This document shows positions 32,655-44,490 of a DNA stretch of 64,000 nucleotides, piece after piece; the first letter of the stretch is position 1, and every line of letters starts with the position of its first letter. The stretch spans positions 186,001 to 250,000 of the forward strand of contig NW_026262681.1 in assembly GCF_021869535.1 (NCBI RefSeq), read 5' to 3'. This DNA is from Mytilus californianus (lineage: Eukaryota). A model generated the notes under the pieces. It saw nothing but the letters and a program-made list of their open reading frames with translations, had not been told where the DNA came from and ran no database searches. A program made the translations under genes and the position numbers.

Positions 32655-33680
32655 CAACAATCTACAAAACACTACGTAGAAAACTAAATATTAAGCATCA
32701 TAAAACACTACGCAAAAACTTAGTATTGAGCAACACAAAACACTATGCAGAAAACTACATATACGCCATCATAAAACGCTACGTAGAAAACTAAGCATTG
32801 AGCAACACAAAACACTATTCAGAAAACTATATATTGAGCAGTACAAAAACACCACTCAGAAAACTAAATATTCAGCATCACAAAAGACTACGCAGAAAAC
32901 TAAAGCTTGATCAACACAAAAAACACCATGCAGTAAACTAAAGATTGAGCAACACAAAACACTATGCAGAAAACTAAATATTCAGCATCACAAAACACTA
33001 CACAGAAAACTAAAGCTTGAGTAACACAAAACACCACGCAGAAAACTAAAGCTTGAGCAACATAAAACACACCACGCAGAAAACTAAAGATTGAGCAACA
33101 CAAAACACTACGCAGAAAACTAAAGCTTGTGCAACACAAAACACCACGCAGAAAACTAAAGCTTGAGCAACTCAAAACACCACACAGAAAAACTAAAGAT
33201 TGAGTAACACAAACTTCTACGCAGAAAACTAAAGATTGAGCAACACAAAACACTACGCAAAAAGCTAAAGATTGAGCAACACAAAACATTACGAAGAAAA
33301 CTAAAGATTGAGCAACACAAAACACTACACAGAAAACTTAAGCTTGAGCAACACAAAACACCACGTAGAAAACTAAAGATTCAGCATCACAAAACACTAC
33401 GCAGAAAACTAAAGCTTGAGCAACTCAAAACACTACGCAGAAAACTAAATATTCAGCATCACAAAACACTACGCAGAAACTAAAGCTTGTGCAACACAAA
33501 ACACCACGCAGAAAACTAAAGATTGAGCAACATAAAAACCTACACAGTAAACTAAAGATTGAAAAACACAAAACACTACGCAGAAAACTAAATATTGAGC
33601 AACTTAAAACACTACATAAAAAACTTAATATTGCACAACACATAACATTACGCTGAAACTGGAAGATTGAGCAACACAAA
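32655..33680. repeat. 36-bp minisatellite, ~28 copies
   Basis: Unit AAAACTAAAGATTGAGCAACACAAAACACTACGCAG; period checked at 32967 and 33003. Confidence 0.92.
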
Positions 33681-33870
33681 CCCCATATAAGTAAAATCAG
33701 GTGATACGTCACGTTCGGTAGTGGAATAACTAAACCAAGAAAGAGGACGGGACTGTGGCTACAATTGGAACGTTTTCGTGGTGATATGTGATACAGATAT
33801 CTCAAAACGATCCAAACTATACTGAACGCGTTCGTAAAACTTTCGAAAAGGTGAATTCAAATTTACTATT
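33680..33870 (-). mobile_element. Penelope-like 3' fragment contiguous with the 36-bp array
   Basis: Homologous to 46630-46900 (GAGGACGGGA.TGTGG..AC..A..GGAAC...CGT..T.AT.TGTGA). Confidence 0.6.
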
Positions 33871-35764
33871 AAGAACAATGGTCCAATGGAGAGGAGAGGA
33901 GCCTAGTTGGTTCCAATAGGAATGTCGAATGTCTGAAAACCACGTTCATCTAGCATAACATGTTGTCAAAAAGAAAATCGAGCATTATAAGTTTCAGAGA
34001 ACTTTTTGTTTGAAAAAGGATTGAATTTATTTTGACAAAATATGAATTCATCCTTCCTAGAACAAGATATTTGTATCTATGTTGGCCTTCTTTTTTTATG
34101 AAACAAAGTTGGACTTATCATTTCAATCTGTCTAGAAGTTAAGAATGAGGAATACTTTTGTAAACGGTAGACTCCATATTTATTTTTTCACTAGTGCATG
34201 AAAAGATTGACTTAGATTGTATGTACTCTAGTAGATTTTTGGAAATTTTTAATTGTTCATCTGATTTACATTGTATAACATGTATCATAGTTAATACTCC
34301 TAGTCAGACCGAACATATTTTTGTTTTTATACATATCAAACAACACCCCTTTTAGTAAGAGCACATTACCTTATACAAAGCACGAACAAGTCACTAGCAA
34401 TCAAGTCTTCCTGTTCTTTTCTTGTCATTGCTGTATGAAATCTAATCGGACGTAGAGCTAATGATATCCGTCTGGAGGAAGGCATTGTTTCCGTATAGCC
34501 AGGTTTTAGTCGTTTAAACTTACTTTGGGTATATTGTATCTTTTGCCATTCTTGGTTACGGAATTTTAATATTTGTTTTGAATGAACCTGTGATTATTCT
34601 GTCTTTAATACCGGTAGCTTAACTGTAATTGCGTTTTCAGGCTTAAATGATTTGTATTGCAAGCTCTTCCATGTTCTATTGACTTTTTCACAAATTAAGA
34701 TTAAAAGAGCAAAGTTTGTTGGCCTATAAAATAAAAACTAGTTTACCCCCCCCCTCCTTTTCCCAACCACCACATGCTCATTTGCTTATCAATGAAGTCC
34801 GGGACCCTGTCTTTGGTTGTGTTCATAGTGAATTTGGCGTCAATGTCAGATATTTGAGTCTCTTTTAAATTTATTCACACTGACTCAGGACAATCGGCTG
34901 TACTTTTTGTGTAGACGCTTTATTCTAAAACACGATATGTTGACATCTAAAGATGTCTTTTCCGGTATTGGGTTGCATTTTTCGTGATAGCTAACAGCTG
35001 AGGCGGATTTTCACCACAAACAGAAAACTTTAAAACTACAGTCGAAGTAACAACCAAAATAGTGATAAAAGTATACCTTTATCTTAAAATTTGATATCGG
35101 TATTGTTTTTATCAGTTAGCTACCGAAATATCTTAAATGAAATGTCTTATCTGTTGCAGCTTTATTCAACGTTGGGAGCTTAGGATTGACAATTGGCATT
35201 CCAGAATACAACGGCAAAATTGGAAACAGACAAACAACCACGAACAATTATCTCTCTCGAACATTTACATCTTTAACAAATATTAATAGACCTCACAGTT
35301 TACATACTTCTACGACGAATAAAATCCGGCCTCCTGGATCTGTTGGACATAGAAGTATGCCTTAACAGTTTTATTGACTTGCCTTTCTAGACGAAATGAC
35401 AGCTTTTGGAAGGATAGAAATGAACCACATTTTATTCTAACATTACGTAAAAATTTGGCAAAGATTATTTTCTTAGCAAAACAAAATGTTTGAAAACCTA
35501 TTTGATATTGGTAGTGACACCCATATCTTATAGCGTACTTAATATATGACAGTTCATGTATAATTTAATATTAAATTTACTTGTTACCCATTATTTATTT
35601 GTCAACATGTTATGTTTATATAATGTATGTTTAAATATTTGACAGTCTGCAAGTCCATAGGATAACATAGGGCTAAAAGGGTTCACACCACAATTTACAC
35701 ACATATGTTTGTCTGAAATTTTACTCAAATGTTATATCTGTAAATTTGAAGAAGTAAATAAGTG

Positions 35765-35852
35765 TTGTCCCCTCTGTGGGACTTGAACCCATGTTTCTGT
35801 GACATCGTGGCAACACCGTGTTGTGTATCCAGGTCATACACCACCCGACCAA
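35765..35852 (-). mobile_element. tRNA-derived SINE head or tRNA pseudogene
   Basis: B box GGTTCAAGTCC (35778-35790) and A-box-like GGTCGGGTGG ~55 nt upstream; no clean cloverleaf. Confidence 0.45.
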
Positions 35853-37209
35853 CTATAAACACCACAATTAACATACATGCATGTAATTATACTTCGTCTG
35901 AACATGGAAGTATTATGTTGACAATATAATACTTCCATGGTCTGAAGTTTTTGTTCATTACTCAGTGGGATTTGAAAACATGTTTCGTAACAGGAATATT
36001 ATATAATATTAGAGAACTTATTTTTACACCACAGTACACAATAAGAAAGATTTCAAATGAAAAGAAATTTTTACTTTTAATTTTCTTATTTTTAACCATT
36101 AACTGGAACAAACTAACCATACCATTCAATGGGGTGCTAATTTTTAGCGTTGAATATGTGGAAGTATTGCAATTATTTTCTTTTGATTATGTATAGGATA
36201 TACAATACTTGATCATGTTTAATAAATATTTTAAGGCCCGAGGCGAGGCCTGCTCACTCTCCTGTAGTACGCCGTTCACTCAGATCACTATCAAATTTTG
36301 AAAAATAACAATTGAATAATTTGATGACAAGATAATAGAATAATTAACAGATTCAAAAGTAAAAATAAAACGTTTTGTTTGATCATATCGAGTGATTTAC
36401 CCATAATTTAATTCAAATGAACCAATGAAAAAGAAACTAATAAGAAAAATAAAACTAAGCAGCCGAGTCATCAATATATCTCTTTAACAACTTTAAGCGT
36501 GACTCTTTTCCCGTGTATTTGTTTCACTCACATAGACCAGATTGGAAAGTTGGTAAAAGATACATGTAGTAAAAAATGAAAAACAACTTACTGATAAGTT
36601 GTTCAACATTTTCACAAAGTATTCATGTTATTTAATCCAGCACACAACTATTGAGGAGGTTTTTTTTAAAAAATATTGAAACATTCAAGGTATCTGTAGA
36701 TTTAAAAAAAAATATTTAAAAAACATATGATACCTATTCCCGTGCGAACGACGCGTGTTTCTGTGGTCATCACCTATGGTGACCGTTTAAAATTACTACA
36801 CCCCCCCCCCCTTAAAAGAGAAAAAAAAAACAATTAAAAGAATATTAATAGAATGATCAAAACCGTGTGAAGTCCGCTTTGCCTAAGGAAATAAGAAAGT
36901 TGAAACCTTAGTCTTAGCACAGTTACTTTATTTATGAACTTGATTTACAGACGGGAAAAGCGTCCTATAAACGGTGTGCCAAAAGACAATAAATAACTGT
37001 TCCTCCAATAGAGGTTGCATTTTGGATTTTGAAAAAGAAGATCTCTCCTCATCATTTTGATATATAAACAAATACTTTATATAGGTCTATGATTAGTACC
37101 TTGAGTAGATTTACTGTCGTCTTGAAGTCTACCTACTACTCCGTTCATTCGAAACATCCATCCAAGTGACATCTTTGAACCATCTTTAAGAATGTACTAT
37201 TTAATTTTA

Positions 37210-37480
37210 TGTTCAAAAATGTCACATTTCTAGGTCACCTGGCTCATTGGGGCGGTTGGAGCTTTGTCATCATTTGGCGTCCGTCGTCGACCTTTAACTT
37301 TTACAAAAATCTCCACTGAAACTCCTGGGCCAAATTGAACTAAACTTGTCCAAACTCGTCCTTGGGGTATCTTGTTTAAAAATGTGTCTGATGATCCGAC
37401 CGGCCAACCATCATGACCACCAAATATAAGATAAAACATAGGGGTAAAGTCGTTAAAGATAGAGAAAATTTGACAAGAGG
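37210..37480 (-). mobile_element. 3' end fragment of the Helentron-type family seen at 61973-63255
   Basis: Reverse complement of GACGACGGACGCCAA.TGATG..AAAGCTC...GGTGA.CTA and adjacent sequence. Confidence 0.7.
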
Positions 37481-38484
37481 ACAAAAAGATCATGTCGAAT
37501 TCTACATATTGATTAGTTTGACTTTTGACAGAAGACACCTTACGTGAGTTTTTGTCCTTAATTGACGATTTTCACCAATTGTATGATTTTATGCCTATTA
37601 TCTTGAAGAATATGATAAATAGAGAGATACTTTTAATAGCATCAATAATCAACAAGACAATAGCTACATTCAAGTCAAACACAGCCGATTTTTTTTTTAA
37701 TCGACTTCTTATAGATGTTTGACCCTGAGTGACGTACTTTTTTGTTGTTTTGCCTATTGTTTTGAAAACTAGAATAGATTTAAGATGTGTACAAATAAGT
37801 CAACGCGGCCCAAATCGTCAGTCAACAAATATGCATGGAAATGGTCAATAAAATAAGAGGTTAAGTAGCCAAAAAAAATCGACAGATTTGTATAGTTTAG
37901 TTATTGCCCTCTAATGATGTTTATCTAGTATTACATTATTGGGTAAAAACTATAGTAGATAGATAAAGAAAGACAAGATCCTAAGTCAACATAGCCGAAA
38001 TTGTCAGTAAAAAAAAAAGAAATTTTTCATGAATTATACAACTAGTTTTTATTTTTTCTAGAGTGACCATTGTTAAACATTGAATATTCCCAGTTTTTTT
38101 TACCGTTTGTTGTTACGCAACTGTCCAAGTTTAGAGGAGGGTTGAGCGCTCTCAAACATGTATTCCCGCCACATTCTTTTGTTCCTGTTTTTCATGAGTC
38201 AGGAACCTGCAATTCAGAGTGGTTTTCGTCGGTTGCTGTCCGTAAGAATTATAAGAGCAATGTCACAGATGAGCGTTTTACGTTGTTAGTGTTATACACT
38301 GTATGAAAAAATATATTATAAATTGCATTTATTATTGATCTATATAACATTAAATATTGAATGAAGGGTAGATAATCGGTTCATGTAAAAATGAAAGATT
38401 TTCTCTTGTTCCTTCCACAACGGAAACGGACAATTACAACGTAGTCCGCTTCTACGATTTACAGTAAAAAAAGTTACTGTATTT

Positions 38485-38994
38485 CTATCGCTGCTTTACA
38501 ACATTTAGCCTCCTTCTGAAATCCTGTAGTGAATCTGCAAGTTTACTTTTACGAACTTTAACTTGCGAACGAATCACATCACGATACAACAAACTGTTGG
38601 TTATGACGTTTTTACTGTGTGCTATTTTTGGCATCCAGAATCGAGGGTATGAGAAGCAGACGTTTGCTGTAGATTTTCTGTGATGTACAGAATTATGTTT
38701 GGAATTGGGTAAAATATTACCGTATTTTCTACATAAGATTTTCTTTTCGAATTGATCATTGTCATATAATTCATCCTCCTTTATGGTATCCAATTTACCG
38801 ATAGTTTTAACTCTTGAAGATTGATTTTTCACTTCGAACATTTTTCGAAATGGTACCTTTTCAGTTTGGTGAGTGAATTCCGATGTTATGAGGGACAGAC
38901 CGTGTTTAGCAACTACAGTTTTACTGGCCTTTAGTTGCAGTTCTGGGAAACAGCTTCTTTCTCTGAATTTTGAATAATCCTTTGACGTGTACAT
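38485..38994 (-). CDS. Orphan basic protein or terminal exon (169 aa; frame open 16 codons further upstream)
   Basis: Stop-free hydrophilic frame; AATAAA ~150 nt downstream (38328-38333); possible acceptor at 39033; no family recognised. Confidence 0.5.
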   Translation of the reverse strand: MYTSKDYSKFRERSCFPELQLKASKTVVAKHGLSLITSEFTHQTEKVPFRKMFEVKNQSSRVKTIGKLDTIKEDELYDNDQFEKKILCRKYGNILPNSKHNSVHHRKSTANVCFSYPRFWMPKIAHSKNVITNSLLYRDVIRSQVKVRKSKLADSLQDFRRRLNVVKQR

Positions 38995-39929
38995 TCCACT
39001 TTGCCTTTTTTGAAATACCGTATATACTTTAGCTAAATGAAAACTGGTTCAACAGGAGAACGCCCACGTTTTACGGGGGAAATACCACACGATTTAACTC
39101 CCAATTGTTTCAAAGATCCATTTCTCAGGCACAAAATCAGGGTAAGAAAAGGAAAATTTCCAATCAAATTATGGCATCTTTTTAGTAATGTCATGTAATA
39201 CTGATGTTCGGTGTCAACAAATACACATGTATAGCTGAAATGTCCATTCTCTTTTTGTTTAAATAAATGTTTGCCTATTACATTGTAAAATTTGTGAAAG
39301 TTTATTTTCCCACATTTTAAAAATGAAATGTCCAGTTTAATAAGAAAGTACGAGTTAATAAATGCAAATAATTCGTATTTACATATCGATAAAGACTAAG
39401 AAATCTGTGAAGAAAAAGTACATATTTAAATTAAGTGTGAATAATCAATGTTTCATTGAAGACCAATATACTATACAATTAAAGAGTTTACAAGAATGTT
39501 GACATTTCCCTTCGAACTTCTTTTGCAGATTGGTGTGTTGTATTTCAGAAAACCAATTAAGAGATTCGGTAGATGTATCGTGTTTGAAGGTTTTTACCAG
39601 ACCTTTCATTCAAACTTTACTTTTGACCTTCTAACCTTGCACCAGTAGATGAAGTATAATGGACAGTTTCGTTACCATAACCCACAGTCTCAAAATTGTG
39701 CGCAAGGAAAAACAAACGTTTGTATAGGATTTTTCATTGGCACAATATTGAATTAAATTTTTCCAGTGCTCTCTAAAAAACATTGAATAAATGTAAAAAT
39801 CTAGCACACCATGGATTTACTTTATATGTGATTTTTGTTTGCAATGTTTGTGGAAAATTTTTGAGACTCAAAGATTTGCCAAACATATCAATTATTTTCT
39901 CTGGGAATTTTTTTGTATTTTATATAAAA

Positions 39930-40130
39930 ATGAATGATGTGGTATGATTGCCAATGAGACGACTCTCCACCAGAGACCAGATGACATAGAAGTTAGCAAC
40001 TGTAGGTCACTGTGCGGCCTTCGGTAATGAGCAAAACCCATACCGCAGAGTCAGCTATAAAAGGCCCCGAACTTACAAATGTAAAACAATTCAAACGAGA
40101 AAACTAACGGCCTGATTTATATACAAAACA
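39930..40130 (+). mobile_element. Dispersed repeat family A copy
   Basis: GATGTGGTATGATTGCCAATGAGACGACTCTCCACCAGAGACC... Confidence 0.85.
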
Positions 40131-40394
40131 ATGCTCTTGACTTGGGACATGCACTTTATTCAAATAAAATAACCAATAATTTGTCGAGACAATCTTTAGA
40201 GAGCGGGATTACACGCTTTTGGTATGCGGGATATAGGAGGTAAAGATAAGTGGGGAAGTGGAATATATTGGTAAGAAGTACGTGGGATCTCTTTAAATAC
40301 TTAAATGCAGCAAAACAATCTTGAAGTTCATACCTTTTCGTTTTGAATAAAATGATGTTCATACTAAAATCTTATCCACTATATGAGATATACA

Positions 40395-40650
40395 TGAAAG
40401 TAGTTGTCGTCTGTTTATATAGTTCATACGTGTTTCTCGTTTCTCGTTTTTATATAGATTAGACCGTTGGTTTTTACCGTTTTAATGGTTTTACACAAGT
40501 AATTTTTTGGGGCCCTTTAAAGCTTGCTGTTCGGTGTGAGCCAATGCTCCGTGTTGAAGGCCGTACCTTGACCTATAATGGTTTACTTTTATAAATTGTA
40601 ACTTGGATGGAAAGTTGTCTGATTGGCACTCATACCACGTCTTCCTATAT
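40395..40650 (-). mobile_element. Dispersed repeat family A copy (inverted relative to 39930-40130)
   Basis: GTTGAAGGCCGTACCTTGACCTATA...GATTGGCACTCATACCACGTCTTC. Confidence 0.85.
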
Positions 40651-41215
40651 CTAAGCACTCATTATAACGTTAAAACGTTATACGTTGATATTTATTGATA
40701 TTATCTCAGAAATAACCGGAGGTCTGTATAAAATATTCCCGGCTATATTTAAAACCGAAAACCGGGAAGGGAATATGCCGGGAATATTTTCGGTAATTGT
40801 AATTCGTGTTACCCTGTTGTGTGAAACTTATAAAATCAAACAACAAATGAAATTACAACTTCTACTATTCCCATACTTAAGAATTTAAACCTCCTTGCAC
40901 CCGATTTCATTTGAGAAAAATTGAGGATTTATAATCGACTTATATTAACAGAAAGGTGTAACAGTTCTGTGACGAGAATCTACAAAGGTCAAACTTATCT
41001 TATCAAATAAAGTTTGACGCAATCACCACGTATCGTTTTGCCAAAAACTTCTCTTTTTAGCGATTATAGTTATGATCTATAAAAATATATGTATGCAATC
41101 CATGTTAAACAACCGGAATAAAATCTCCAAAAATTATATTTGCGATGAAAAAAACACAATAAGCGTATATTTCATATTTGTGTTAGATTGAAATATACAA
41201 TATAGTTCCACTTAT

Positions 41216-41581
41216 CTAGTTATATCCGCCAATTAATAAACCTAACATGATTGACGTGTAAGGATTCTTTGAATTTTGGTGGACATCACGTTTTTTACGG
41301 AATGATTCATCAGCTTCTGTTTTAATGGTTCCAGTCACTTGTTTGATAACAGTTACCTCTTCTTGGACAGTCACTATGGCAGTCATAACCCCTGGTTGAG
41401 TGGAAATATCTTCCCCGTATGGATCAGTTGTGTTATCCCCATCAAACAGATATCCGAAGTTGTAGTAAACAAAAATAAGTACACATGCAGCCACAACTGC
41501 TCCAGTTACTAGTCCTGATCCGAAAAATTTGAATTTCGTCACAAAAGGTCTTTCAAAGTCACTCATTAAAGGATGTGGCAT
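41216..41581 (-). CDS. Orphan single-pass (type II-like) membrane protein, first coding exon, with RKKR site
   Basis: Likely start MPHPLMSDF at 41581; upstream UTR intron 41605-41810 (GTAAGT...TTTTATAG); TM LVTGAVVAACVLIFVYYNFGYLF; RKKR furin-type motif. Confidence 0.65.
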   Translation of the reverse strand: MPHPLMSDFERPFVTKFKFFGSGLVTGAVVAACVLIFVYYNFGYLFDGDNTTDPYGEDISTQPGVMTAIVTVQEEVTVIKQVTGTIKTEADESFRKKRDVHQNSKNPYTSIMLGLLIGGYN

Positions 41582-42315
41582 TTTGTCTAATTGTTTTCTG
41601 GTTCCTATAAAACAAAGCAGAATTGTTGACAGCTGAATGGATGAACGTATTACGTCCAACATAAAGTATTTCATGAAAATCAGGACGAAAACTTAATGTG
41701 GTATGAATAGCAAAAGGATTTTTTTTCCCATTTTACTATAGGTGTTTATCTGGTATCAACATACACTTAAAAGTCTGAACAACCTGTGACTACAGCCATT
41801 GTTAACTTACCAGTTCAAATCATTTCGAATTTTCTTTTTTCTCATTTCCAAGATCGTATCACATGCACCAGATAAATTTGATTTTTCTGTGATTTAGATT
41901 TTTGCCGTTTAGAAGTTAAATCCTTTGATGTTCTAAAGAATTGTGAATTATAGCATTTATAGATAAAAATGAAAATAAAATAAGCTGTTTTGTTTTTAAA
42001 TTTAAAACAATAAAATGAACGATTACAGACTGTTTAAAATCAATTTTCATTGACAAAACATTTATCGTTTCAAAGTTTTTGCCATTGACTGTCTGAACAA
42101 TTTAGAATATTGATTTTTTTTAAATTTTCAATTAAAAAAAAAAATTATTTGACAGTGTGTTTTATGAATAGAAAAGGAATGCAATGGACGCTTTGAGTTT
42201 GATTTTCGTAAATTTTCTTGAGTTTTGAATTCAGTCGATATTCTGGGGAAAAATTAGGATAAATATTTCCCTCTTATAATCCTTATTATGAAATTTCTGC
42301 TTCAAATTTGATATG

Positions 42316-42546
42316 CAGGGGCGTTTCTGTGATATTTGAAAGAGGGGGCGTAGAATGAAATATTTCGCCGAGCGGAGCGAGGCGAGACGAAAATTTTTTT
42401 GGACCTTCTTTTGGCTAAAAAACATAAAATAATTAATGAATATGATAAATTGCCATATTCAATACAATATAAGCAGATTACGATAGTTTTGTTTTTTTTA
42501 AAGGGGGGACGTACGCCCATTACGCCCTCACCTGGACCCGCCACTG
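42316..42546. mobile_element. MITE with CAGGGGCG/CGCCACTG termini and a 5-bp flanking repeat (ATATG)
   Basis: Termini resemble those of 28266-28422; ATATG on both sides. Confidence 0.65.
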
Positions 42547-42747
42547 ATATGTGTATTAAGCTTATCGTAATTATATTTAATTATTTTTTCAAAATACTGT
42601 ATTATTTGAATGATTTGAAACATGAAAACAAAATCTGTCAAAAATACTCACAAATTATGACAACTTTCAATAATCGTTACAACTTCACTTGAAGACGTCT
42701 GGAAAAGGTTTGAACACTTGAATTAAGATTTTTACAAATTTCTCTAT

Positions 42748-42958
42748 GAGAGTCTGGATGGGGGGTCCTTCATTTTTGTATTCTTTAATTTTTTGGGCCA
42801 TTTTCACTATTCTTTATATTTATGCCCATTATTCTCTTTTCTTTATATTTTAGCACCTCATTATTCTCTATTCTTTATTTTTTTTGGTCCATTTTTCTCT
42901 ATTCTTTAAATTTTTTGCCCATTATTCTCTATTGTGTAAACCCCCCATCCACGCCCTC
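42748..42958. mobile_element. MITE with GAG termini and a 6-bp TSD (CTCTAT)
   Basis: 18-bp inverted termini with 3 mismatches; inverted homologue of 27317-27535. Confidence 0.75.
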
Positions 42959-43146
42959 CTCTATGATAATCAATATTACAAGAAAATCTCTAAATATTTT
43001 AAAGAAAAGGGATCATTTTACTCCAAATATTGATCGGCAGTTATGTGGCAAAAAGAAATAAATTGATAACCTTGATATATACGGTGAATTTCTTGAAATG
43101 GATAGTTAACTATTCCACACTATGTGCTGAAAGAAGGGTAAGATTG

Positions 43147-44490
43147 CAACGATGATAAAGTCTGAGAATCTTCATACTGATGCAGGTAACGATGACAACG
43201 GCTGAGAAGCTTCATGCTGATGCAGGTAACGATCTCACAAAGTCTGAGAAGCTTCATACTGATGCAGGTAACGATCACAAAGTCTGAGAAGCTTCATACT
43301 GATGCAGGTAACGATCACAAAGTCTGAGTAGCTTCATACTGATGCAGGTAACGATCACAAAGGCTGAGAAGCTTCATGCTGATGCAGGTAACGATCACAA
43401 AGTCTGAGAAGCTTCATACTGATGCAGGTAACGATGACAAAGTCTGAGAAGCTACATACTGATGCGGGTAACGATGACAAAGTCTGAGAAGCTTCATACT
43501 GATGCAGGTAACGATGACAAAGTCTAAGAAGCTTCATACTGATGCAGGTAACGATCACAAAGTCTGAGAAGCTTCATACTGATGCAGGTAACGATCACAA
43601 AGTCTGAGAAGCTTTATACTGATGCAGGTAACGATCACAAAGTCTGAGAAGCTTCATACTGATGCAGGTAGCGATCACAAAGTCTGAGAAGCTTCATACT
43701 GATGCAGGTAGCGATGCCAAAGTCTGAGAAGCTTCATACTGATGCAGGTAACGATAACAAAGTCTGAGAAGCTTCATACTGATGCAGGTAACGATGACAA
43801 AGTCTGAGAAGCTTCATACTGATGCAGGTAACGATGACAAAGTCTGAGAAGCTTCATACTGATGCAGGTAGCGATGCCAAAGTCTGAGAAGCTTCATACT
43901 GATGCAGGTAACGATGACAAAGTCTGAGAAGCTTCATTCTGATGTAGGTAACGACGATAAAGTCTGAGAAGCTTCATACTGATGCAGGTAACGATGACAA
44001 AGTCTAATAAGCTTCATACTGATGCAGGTAACGATGAAAAAGTCTGAGAAGCTTCATACTGATGCAGGTAACGACGATAAAGTCTGAGAAGCTTCATACT
44101 GACGCAGGTAACGATGACAAAGTCTTATAAGCTTCATACTGATGCAGGTAACGATGACAAAGTCTGAGAAGCTTCATACTGATGCAGGTAACGACGATAA
44201 AGTCTGAGAAGCTTCATACTGATGCAGGTAACGATGATAAAGTCTAATAAGCTTCATACTGATGCAGGTAACGATCACAAAGTCTAAGAAGCTTTATACT
44301 GATGCAGGTAACGATCACAAAGTCTGAGAAGCTTTATACTGATGCAGGTAGCGATGACAAAGTCTGAGAAGCTTCATACTGATGCAGGTAACGATGACAA
44401 AGTCTAAGAAGCTTCATACTGATGCAGGTAACTATAAAGTTCATACTGATGCAGGTAACAATAAAGTTCATACTAATGCAGGTAACTATA
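43147..44490. repeat. 40-bp minisatellite, ~32 copies, ending in three 27-bp derivative units
   Basis: Unit GATGCAGGTAACGAT(C/G)ACAAAGTCTGAGAAGCTTCATACT; exact 40-bp register from 43261 to 44420. Confidence 0.95.

Noticed and set aside
32900-33805. ORFs 32900..33325, 33156..33356 and 33425..33805 (Cys/Val/Phe repeats)
   Set aside because: Products of the 36-bp period (12 codons) of a TE-derived minisatellite
43147-44490. CRISPR-like reading of the 40-bp array (and of the 36-bp array at 32655-33680)
   Set aside because: Units are head-to-tail with no unique spacers, there are no cas genes, and the context is eukaryotic
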